In this document: positions 47,296-54,529 of the stretch, piece by piece
Numbering within the stretch: the stretch's first letter is position 1
Layout: each line of letters opens with the position of its first letter
NCBI GenBank assembly: GCA_012841145.1
Contig: DUVH01000024.1
Span: 70,711 to 134,710, forward strand
From: Clostridiaceae bacterium
Lineage (GTDB): Bacteria; Bacillota; Clostridia; Saccharofermentanales; DTU023
Direction of reading: 5' to 3'
DNA length: 64,000 bases
Made by a program: the position numbers and the translations under genes
The notes under the pieces: generated by a model
What the model saw: the letters and a program-made list of their open reading frames with translations, nothing else
Database searches by the model: none
Told to the model about the DNA's origin: nothing

Positions 47296-47330
47296 TAAAG
47301 TAAAAGGCGCAAGGATAAACTTGCGCCTTT
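47296..47330 (-). terminator. Rho-independent terminator after the Tim44-like gene
   Basis: 11-bp perfect stem AAAGGCGCAAG / CTTGCGCCTTT, followed on the minus strand by TACTTT. Confidence 0.65.
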
Positions 47331-47367
47331 GCATGAACAATTAAATGCGATAAAACCTGTTCTATTT

Positions 47368-48321
47368 CTACAGCGTCTGCTGTGCAATGCCGGCGATGTT
47401 CGACAGTACCCAGTCAAACTCGGGGGCTGTCACCAACGAGTGGCAGTAGCTGCAGCGCGCGGATTGTGTCAGATCGATCGGGGCCCCGCAGTGCGGGCAA
47501 TTGCGACTCAATTCGGTCCTGCCTCGATCATCGGTCGGTGCGGGCGTCTTGACGCCTCGCGAGCGGATCATCGTCCACTCATATGTCATGAATTTCTCGC
47601 GTTTCGGATCACCGGATACGAGTCTGCCCGTCGCCTGTTCAATTGTGTAATCGACGATTCGCGTCGTCAGTCGAAGCGTCAGATTGTCATGCTGTTCATC
47701 CTGATAGAACTGCTTCAGGGCAACGTTCATCACGGCAATACGCTCAATGCGGTTGATGTATCCGCGATTGATAAGATCCTGAAGCTGACGCGCCATCTGG
47801 CTGTAGAGATCATCCGTCATGCGAGCACGCATCGGTTCCCAGTCACGATGCTCCCACGCATGCTGCATCTCAGTGTACAAGTTGGCAACCTTTTCGCGCA
47901 TCTCGGCTTCCGTAAAGAACGGATCGATCGCTCTGACCTTGTTCGCGATATTGGCTGAATGTTGCGGCGAAATCTGAGTCGTCGTCGGCGTGATAGTCTT
48001 CCTGCCACCACCCTTGCCGCCTTTCTTCCCTTTCTGAATGATGGAGATGACGACGAAGATGACAATGACAATAAGTGCCAACACGGATCCCTCGAGAGAA
48101 GTCGAACCACCGGAGGAATAATCACTGTCACCGCCACTGCCCCATCCGCCGCCGCCACCGTTACCGCCGGGATCAAAGTCGAAGTCACTGTCACCGCCGA
48201 AACCGCCGGCATCGAGAGGAACCGGAATGATGATCGTCTGAGCTGATACAGCCGCACCGAGTCCGATAAGCATCGCAAGTACGATAAGCCACACGAACAC
48301 TCGTTTCAATCTCTTGTTCAT
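47368..48321 (-). CDS. Tim44-like domain protein with Gly-rich linker and C-terminal zinc ribbon
   Basis: Signal/TM sequence, then a G/D/S-rich region, a second TM helix, FFTEAEMREKVANLYTEMQHAWEHRDWEPMRARMTDDLY, and CPHCGAPIDLTQSARCSYCHS. Confidence 0.7.
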   Translation of the reverse strand: MNKRLKRVFVWLIVLAMLIGLGAAVSAQTIIIPVPLDAGGFGGDSDFDFDPGGNGGGGGWGSGGDSDYSSGGSTSLEGSVLALIVIVIFVVISIIQKGKKGGKGGGRKTITPTTTQISPQHSANIANKVRAIDPFFTEAEMREKVANLYTEMQHAWEHRDWEPMRARMTDDLYSQMARQLQDLINRGYINRIERIAVMNVALKQFYQDEQHDNLTLRLTTRIVDYTIEQATGRLVSGDPKREKFMTYEWTMIRSRGVKTPAPTDDRGRTELSRNCPHCGAPIDLTQSARCSYCHSLVTAPEFDWVLSNIAGIAQQTL

Positions 48322-48466
48322 AATAGTTTGCCGTCCTTTTCAGGTGCTACCTCTTATGCCGGAACAACCGCTTTTAATAAACTCTGCAGTGTGATCTCTA
48401 ACGGCACGTTCGGCTCTCCTCCACTATATCATGGATAAACGGAGAAATTGACTTGGGCGGAGTATC

Positions 48467-49330
48467 TCAGATAACACGTTCCGACATTATGATTTCAACT
48501 TCTTCGGGGTTAAGCCCGACCATCGCCTCGCCGAGGTTCTCCGAAATATGTGCCAAGCGCTCAGGGTCATCGTAGTGCTCACAAGCCTGAACGATTGCCT
48601 TCGCACGCTTGACGGGGTCGCCTGACTTAAAAATACCCGAGCCGACGAAAATACCTTCCGCTCCGAGCTGGCGCATGAGAGCGGCGTCTGCCGGTGTCGC
48701 GATTCCGCCTGCCGAGAAATTAGGCACAGGAAGTTTCCCGTTTTCGTGAACGTAACGGAGCAAATCAATCGGTACGGCCAAGTCGCGCGCCATGACGAAG
48801 AGTTCATCTTCGCGGAGCGACACGGCTTCCCTGATCTCTCCAGCAATCTGTCGCATATGAGTGACGGCTTGGACGATATCGCCCGTACCGGGTTCGCCCT
48901 TTGTCCTGATCATCAGGGCGCCCTCGGAAATACGACGCAGCGCCTCACCGAGTCCGCGTGCGCCGCAGACGAACGGCACACGGAAATTGCGCTTGTCGAT
49001 GTGATGCACCTCGTCAGCGGGCGTCAACACTTCACTCTCATCGACAAAATCGACACCGATCGCTTCCAAAATCTGCGCCTCGACAAAATGACCGATTCGA
49101 ACTTTTGCCATGACGGGAATTTTCACGGCGGCCATGATCGACTTCACCATGCCCGGATCGCTCATGCGCGACACGCCTCCGGCTGCTCTGATATCTGCCG
49201 GCACACGTTCAAGCGCCATCACCGCAACGGCTCCCGCCTCTTCCGCGATAGCGGCCTGTTCGACATTAACGACGTCCATGATGACTCCGCCTACAAGCTT
49301 GGCGGCAAGCTCACGATCAAATTTCTTCAT
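48467..49330 (-). CDS. pdxS: Pyridoxal 5'-phosphate synthase, lyase subunit
   Basis: [49 protein letters not shown] at 49330 (MKKFDREL), whereas the track start is 49435. Confidence 0.95.
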   Translation of the reverse strand: MKKFDRELAAKLVGGVIMDVVNVEQAAIAEEAGAVAVMALERVPADIRAAGGVSRMSDPGMVKSIMAAVKIPVMAKVRIGHFVEAQILEAIGVDFVDESEVLTPADEVHHIDKRNFRVPFVCGARGLGEALRRISEGALMIRTKGEPGTGDIVQAVTHMRQIAGEIREAVSLREDELFVMARDLAVPIDLLRYVHENGKLPVPNFSAGGIATPADAALMRQLGAEGIFVGSGIFKSGDPVKRAKAIVQACEHYDDPERLAHISENLGEAMVGLNPEEVEIIMSERVI

Positions 49331-49525
49331 TAGTTCATTATCCTCCGAATAAATCAAGCGGCATCGGGACGGCGTATTCGCGGGAAAAAGGGCCCAGATA
49401 CCCGCGCCCCGCCCATGCTTCTTGTCCTTGTTCAATCTTAATTACAGTATACGCTGATCCACTGCCAGAACGCAAGAATACGAATCACTTGGTACGTGTA
49501 CGCTCACACATCATTGTGCCGCCCT

Positions 49526-49562
49526 GATGTTCTTGCGATTACAACTGAATCGCAAGAACATC
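49526..49562. other. Perfect 15-bp inverted repeat between the alcohol dehydrogenase stop and the pdxS upstream region
   Basis: GATGTTCTTGCGATT-acaactg-AATCGCAAGAACATC, with no U-tract on either strand. Confidence 0.6.
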
Positions 49563-49594
49563 GGTTCCAAAAGCATTGTATTCTGACAATCGGC

Positions 49595-50755
49595 TTACAA
49601 CGCAGCTTCAAAAATGGCGATTGAATCACGGTATGTGAGCGGCACGTAACCTTCCTGCGTGCGTTCTTCGCAATTTTTGGCCATTTCTTCAAAATACTGA
49701 CGATCAATGCCGACTTCAGACAATTTCATGGGGAGGCCAAGAGACTTGAGAAATGCTTCCGTTTTGTCAATCGCCACGTTGGCGACGTCAAACGGGTCAC
49801 CATCTGCATCCAGCCCCCAGACGTTCACGCCGTATTCAACGAATTTGTCGACCGTTTCGTCGCTTAGCACATATCGCATCCACGGCGGCGTCAAAATGGC
49901 AAGCCCGACGCCGTGCGTAATATCGTAGTAAGCGCTTAGTTCATGTTCCATAGGATGTACAGTCCAGGCCGTTTGCTGACCGAGGCTGCAAATACCGTTG
50001 ATGGCAAGAGAACCTGCCCACATGAGATTGGCTCTGGCTTCGTAGTTGTCCGGTTCCTCAATCGCAAGGGGTCCGTAGTATATGCAAGCCTTTAACAAAG
50101 ACTCGCAAATCCGCGCCTGCACATAAGCGCCTTTGACGGGGGTGAAATAATTCTCAAACGTATGACTCATAATGTCCGCAATGCCGGCAGCGGTCATCCC
50201 TTTTGAAACGGTAAAGGTATGCTCGGGATCCATGATAGAGAACTTAGGCTTCAACATATCGGAACCCGTACCGAGTTTTTCACGCGTTTTCAGATCTGAA
50301 ATCACCGCATTGCCATTCATTTCCGAACCTGTCGCTGCCAGCGTAAGAACGGTAACGACGGGCAAAGCGTCCACAATTTTGTCCGGATGGAGCACGAGAT
50401 CCCAAGCATCACCGTCATAGACGGCACCTGCGGCTACGACCTTGGCGCAATCGATGACACTGCCACCTCCCACCGCCAACACGACATCGATATCGTGTTC
50501 TCTACAGAGAACGACGCCTTCTCGAACAGATTCAATTCTGGGATTGGGTTCCACATTCGTTAACTCAATATAAGTTGTGTCAGCTTGATCAAGGATTTTG
50601 ACAACTTCATCGTAAAGACCCATCTTCTTGATACTGTCTCTTCCGTAAACAAGCAAAATCCGTTTGCCGTACTTAGCGATATTATTCAGGTTTTTAATCG
50701 CTCCCTTTCCGAAAAAGATTTCCGTCGGTACGTTGTAATGGAAGTTTTTCATCAT
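49595..50755 (-). CDS. Iron-containing (group III) alcohol dehydrogenase, butanol-dehydrogenase-like
   Basis: LAVGGGSVIDCAKVVA and HPMEHELSAYYDITHGVGLA. Confidence 0.9.
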   Translation of the reverse strand: MMKNFHYNVPTEIFFGKGAIKNLNNIAKYGKRILLVYGRDSIKKMGLYDEVVKILDQADTTYIELTNVEPNPRIESVREGVVLCREHDIDVVLAVGGGSVIDCAKVVAAGAVYDGDAWDLVLHPDKIVDALPVVTVLTLAATGSEMNGNAVISDLKTREKLGTGSDMLKPKFSIMDPEHTFTVSKGMTAAGIADIMSHTFENYFTPVKGAYVQARICESLLKACIYYGPLAIEEPDNYEARANLMWAGSLAINGICSLGQQTAWTVHPMEHELSAYYDITHGVGLAILTPPWMRYVLSDETVDKFVEYGVNVWGLDADGDPFDVANVAIDKTEAFLKSLGLPMKLSEVGIDRQYFEEMAKNCEERTQEGYVPLTYRDSIAIFEAAL

Positions 50756-50814
50756 TATTCTCCTTCAATTCTTAATTGGCGCTCTATAGATGCCAGTCAG
50801 GCTGGAAACGAACT

Positions 50815-51456
50815 TTATCTGTATCTATACGTTTTGAACTTTTTCATTACGTCAAGCATCTGGTCTTTCGTAAGAATGTTAGGTTCGCCCAACGTCTTGC
50901 ATATGCAATAGAGCTTTGCGACATACTCCAAATGTTCCGCCGTTGAAAAAGCTGACTGAACATCGGAGCCTAGGGCAATCAAGCCGTGGTTCGCCAAGAG
51001 AACCGCATTGCGATCTCCCATCGCTTTAACGGCATTGCGTGCAAGTTCCATCGAACCATAAACGGCGTATTCGGCACACGGCACCTCAAAACCCGCCATG
51101 GCGACCATGTAGTGAACAGGTTCCAGTGTCCATCCCATACACGATACGGCTGTTGCAAAGAGCGAATGCGTGTGCACTACAGCGTTTGCATCGGGTCTTT
51201 CTTTATAAAAAGCCAAGTGCATGCCCGTTTCACTGGAAGGTTTGTGCTTTCCCTCAACGACTTCACCGTCAATGTTTACAACCAGTATGTCGTCCACTTC
51301 GGTTTCGAAATAATCCATTCCGCTCGGAGTAATCGCGATGAGACCCTCGTCTCTGTTAAAAATACTGATGTTGCCGCCGGAACCCGTTGTCAAGTCGCTG
51401 GTAATCAATTTTTTCCCGAATGCCACCAGCTGTTCTCTTTCTTTAACTAAAAGCAT
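50815..51456 (-). CDS. Class II aldolase/adducin family protein (L-fuculose-phosphate-aldolase-like)
   Basis: TTGSGGNISIF, KPSSETGMHLAFY and AVVHTHS. Confidence 0.85.
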   Translation of the reverse strand: MLLVKEREQLVAFGKKLITSDLTTGSGGNISIFNRDEGLIAITPSGMDYFETEVDDILVVNIDGEVVEGKHKPSSETGMHLAFYKERPDANAVVHTHSLFATAVSCMGWTLEPVHYMVAMAGFEVPCAEYAVYGSMELARNAVKAMGDRNAVLLANHGLIALGSDVQSAFSTAEHLEYVAKLYCICKTLGEPNILTKDQMLDVMKKFKTYRYR

Positions 51457-51764
51457 GATGTTTTTCCTCTTCTACAAAAATACAAAGAAGCGTCTCGCTT
51501 CTGCACGTCAAAAAATTGGCGTAAAAACGATATAGGATGAGCCGCCCTTCCCCCTCATCAAACAGATTTTACATGTGAACAATATTGAAAGAGGATCAAG
51601 AGATGGCTCAAATAGATATTATCGCAGATGACAACGCTTCACAACGATTCTCATGAGCGCATACCCGGACGAGAACTGCATGAACGATTGAAAGGTCATA
51701 AACTGTTCAGTGTCCATTATAATTGTATAAAGATAAATATTTAGTATTGAGGCGGTTTTAATCA

Positions 51765-52301
51765 ATGAGCAAGTTTGAAGAAAAAGATTACAGGGTCTTC
51801 GACCTTTTCCGAAACCAATGGGCGCTTGTGACAGCCGGCAACATGAAACATTTCAATTCCTGTACGATCGGCTGGGGCAGCATGGGCACCATATGGACAA
51901 GACCGGGAAAGAACGGTGCTATCGTGACAGTGTACGTCCATCCGGCGCGCTATACATGCGACTTTTTGAGGGAAAACGAGACGTTTACGGTCAGCTTCTT
52001 CCCTGAAAGCTGTAAGAAGGCACTGGGAATCATGGGATCTCACTCAGGTCGCGACATCAATAAAGTGGAAGCTTCAGGCCTCACACCCGTTGCGATGGAT
52101 AACAGCGTCACGTACGAGGAAGCGAACTTAACCTTTCTTTGTAGAAAAATCTATCAACACCAGTTTGCCAAAGAGGATTTAGCCGCGGAGATACAGGAAT
52201 ACTACGGAAGCAATCCAAGATCATTTCCGGCGGACGAAATGGGCACGTGGCAGCCACACTGGATGTTCATCGGCGAGATTCTTGAAGTTGTGGAAAAATG
52301 A
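51765..52301 (+). CDS. Flavin-reductase-like (split-barrel) protein
   Basis: 178 aa. The pattern WALVTAGN...NSCTIGWGSMGTIW is typical of the flavin reductase-like domain family. Moderate call. Confidence 0.55.
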   Translation: MSKFEEKDYRVFDLFRNQWALVTAGNMKHFNSCTIGWGSMGTIWTRPGKNGAIVTVYVHPARYTCDFLRENETFTVSFFPESCKKALGIMGSHSGRDINKVEASGLTPVAMDNSVTYEEANLTFLCRKIYQHQFAKEDLAAEIQEYYGSNPRSFPADEMGTWQPHWMFIGEILEVVEK

Positions 52302-52371
52302 ACTCCAAAATGAATCCCAAAGTGAATCCCAAAATATCCCCTAAATGTCCCTCAAAATGTCTCCAAAAAAA
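52299..52371. repeat. Six tandem units of about 12 nt, TG(A/T)nnC(C/T)CAAA(A/G)
   Basis: The units are tgaactccaaaa, tgaatcccaaag, tgaatcccaaaa, tatcccctaaa, tgtccctcaaaa and tgtctccaaaaa. The array starts at the stop codon of the flavin-reductase-like gene. Confidence 0.75.
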
Positions 52372-52489
52372 GGAGTGCGCTAAAAACCATTAATCTGACA
52401 TTTTGAATGTTAGGTTGATTTTCTCAATAACACATTTCATCTGTACGAGTAAGCCGAGTAGGATATGATTAAAACAAAAGGAGAGACTT

Positions 52490-53125
52490 ATGACACCGAA
52501 ACAAGCCTATTACGAACGCGTAGCGAAAACATTGATTAAAAACATGGAACGGCGCCAGATGGAAGCGTACTACTGCGCGGATCGCGCCACCGCCGTACAA
52601 AAAGTATTGGAGCTCATGCCGCACGGATCGAGTGTCGCCTGGGGCGGCTCCGTGACCTTGACGGAATCGGGACTTATGGATGCATTAGATCCCGGTCTGT
52701 ACAACATCATCGACCGCGCCGCCGCCAAGACGAAGGAAGAACAGCGTGAACTCTACGGAAAAATTTGCGGCTGCGATTTTTTCCTGATGAGTACAAACGC
52801 CATGACGCTAGACGGCGAATTGGTCAACATCGACGGCCGCGGCAATCGTGTCGCTTTTCTGTGCTATGGTCCGGAGAATGTCATCGTTCTGACAGGCCTC
52901 AACAAGGTCACCCCTGATCTCGAATCCGCCATTCAGCGCGTACAAAACGTTGCGGCTCCACCGAACACCATCCGCTTAAACTGCGATACACCGTGCTCCG
53001 TGACAGGTCGCTGCGGGGATTGCTACGGACCGGACAGCATCTGCAGCAGCATCGTCATCACGAGGCGCTCCCACTTCCCGAACAGGATCAAGGTTGTCCT
53101 CGTCGGTGAGGAACTCGGTTTTTAA
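52490..53125 (+). CDS. LUD-domain (LutC/YkgG-like, DUF162) protein
   Basis: VAWGGSVTLTESG, FLMSTNAMTLDGELVNIDGRGNRV and a C-terminal Cys cluster CSVTGRCGDCYGPDSIC. Confidence 0.6.
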   Translation: MTPKQAYYERVAKTLIKNMERRQMEAYYCADRATAVQKVLELMPHGSSVAWGGSVTLTESGLMDALDPGLYNIIDRAAAKTKEEQRELYGKICGCDFFLMSTNAMTLDGELVNIDGRGNRVAFLCYGPENVIVLTGLNKVTPDLESAIQRVQNVAAPPNTIRLNCDTPCSVTGRCGDCYGPDSICSSIVITRRSHFPNRIKVVLVGEELGF

Positions 53126-53154
53126 GACGAAACAATTCAGAAACATTAGCTAAA

Positions 53155-53186
53155 GATGGGCCCGGAACAGGATGGCCCATCTTTTT
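53155..53186 (+). terminator. Rho-independent terminator of the LUD-domain gene
   Basis: GATGGGCC-(11 nt)-GGCCCATC followed by TTTTT. Confidence 0.75.
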
Positions 53187-53346
53187 CGCAAAGAAACGAT
53201 CACCTATATCGCACTCGACAGAACGTTTAACTTAGCAGTAATTGAAAACTCGCAGTCAATAATTGAGTCTTCCGCGATATCTCCGACATAGAACTCAACT
53301 CATGGTCTAGGCCTCGAACTTGAAACAAACAGCAAGAAACGTGCTT

Positions 53347-53431
53347 CTTATTTCAAGTTAAGCCTTTAAGTTGAAATAAGAGACGATATTTGCGCTCCTT
53401 ATTTCAAGTTCGCTTGATAAATTGAAATAAG
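53347..53431. repeat. Two copies of a 34-nt palindromic unit, CTTATTTCAA-N14-TTGAAATAAG
   Basis: Copy 1 is at 53347-53380 and copy 2 at 53398-53431. The arms are perfect 10-mers, both spacers are 14 nt, and flanks are also conserved (GCT(T/C)CTTATTT...AATAAGA(G)ACG). Confidence 0.8.
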
Positions 53432-53513
53432 AACGTAGCCATCAAGACTAATGTCTTTCCGAGCCGCCATGGAAACATAGAAGAATTTTCATTTACGGAG
53501 GGGTAAAGATCAA

Positions 53514-53537
53514 TGTCCCCCTAAGTGTCCCTCAAAG
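53514..53537. repeat. Two more units of the 12-nt TGTCCCnnAAAG family
   Basis: tgtccccctaag and tgtccctcaaag. The 11-mer tgtccctcaaa is identical to 52346-52356. Confidence 0.7.
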
Positions 53538-53556
53538 CGGACTAAAAGAAACAAGA

Positions 53557-53625
53557 ATGCCTCAAATGCTTGAACGGAAATGCCTCAAACACTTGAACGA
53601 AAAAGCCTCAATCACTTGAATGAAA
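53557..53625. repeat. Three tandem 23-nt repeats
   Basis: atgcctcaaatgcttgaacggaa, atgcctcaaacacttgaacgaaa and aagcctcaatcacttgaatgaaa, followed by a partial fourth unit. Confidence 0.8.
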
Positions 53626-53774
53626 AAGCGCAACTAATCATGCAGGCATCATATTTGATCCCGTGACGCTCTATTCATATAGGGACGCATTAACTAAAAA
53701 ATTTGTCATCGAGGGTTCACCGGCTTGGAATCCGAATTTAAGATCAAAGACTGCTATTAGGACAACCGATAGGT

Positions 53775-54299
53775 TTAGAAATTCTCTTCGAGACTGTTGA
53801 TCTTATCGGCGAGTGTCTTTCCCACGCCTTCATTCAGAGGGATGACGCGCTGGTTCGCGCTGCCGCGGAACGGGAGAAGGAGCGATCGCTCCTCAAGAAT
53901 GAAAGGTCCGTCGATAAGAAGATCGACGCGGTCGAGAAGATGGCCGATGGCGGGCTGTGTTTCTTGTAGTTTTCGGAGTTGTGAAAGTGTGTAGCCTGTG
54001 TAGGCGATGACGTTGCCGCCTTTGGCGATGACGTGATCGGCGATGGTGATGAGCGGTTCCGGTTGGAGGAACGGCTCACCTCCCGAGAATGTGATGCCGG
54101 AAAGAAGCGGGTCGCTGTCGTATAGGGTCGTGATCTCTTCGACAGTCATCTCGCGTCCGCCCTCGGAATCGTGTGTTTCGGGGTTGTGACAACCGGGGCA
54201 GTTATGGTGACAGCCTTGGCAAAAGAGCGTCAACCGGATGCCGGGCCCGTCCGTGACGGACTCCTGGACAATGCCGGCGACGCGGATCGTTTGTGTCAT
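53775..54299 (-). CDS. nrdG: Anaerobic ribonucleoside-triphosphate reductase activating protein (radical SAM)
   Basis: CQGCHHNCPGCHNPETH cluster motif and GITFSGGEP. The start ATG shares one nucleotide with the upstream ORF's stop (TGATG). Confidence 0.93.
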   Translation of the reverse strand: MTQTIRVAGIVQESVTDGPGIRLTLFCQGCHHNCPGCHNPETHDSEGGREMTVEEITTLYDSDPLLSGITFSGGEPFLQPEPLITIADHVIAKGGNVIAYTGYTLSQLRKLQETQPAIGHLLDRVDLLIDGPFILEERSLLLPFRGSANQRVIPLNEGVGKTLADKINSLEENF

Positions 54300-54448
54300 C
54301 AGATTCTGACGACGTGCTTCACGCGCTGGCGTTCCTCACACTGCTTGGCGTCATTGAAGCGGTCGGTCGTCCCGACGAGATAACCGGTAATCCTGCGAAT
54401 CCTTTGAAAGTTCACGCCTTCTCCGACGGTTGTGTGCTTGTTGATCAT
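54299..54448 (-). CDS. 49-aa stand-alone glycyl-radical segment of class III RNR (NrdD C-terminal module)
   Basis: The translation is MINKHTTVGEGVNFQRIRRITGYLVGTTDRFNDAKQCEERQRVKHVVRI. It contains the RxxGY glycyl-radical motif and the RVKH tail typical of NrdD C-termini. AAGGAG lies 8 nt upstream of the ATG. Below the ORF-track size cutoff. Confidence 0.75.
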   Translation of the reverse strand: MINKHTTVGEGVNFQRIRRITGYLVGTTDRFNDAKQCEERQRVKHVVRI

Positions 54449-54529
54449 TTCTTTCTCCTTGATTCTCTATTAAGTGTGCGAGGCAGTCGCCTCATCGTTC
54501 TTCTCTTACTTAACCTACGTTTATGTTCG

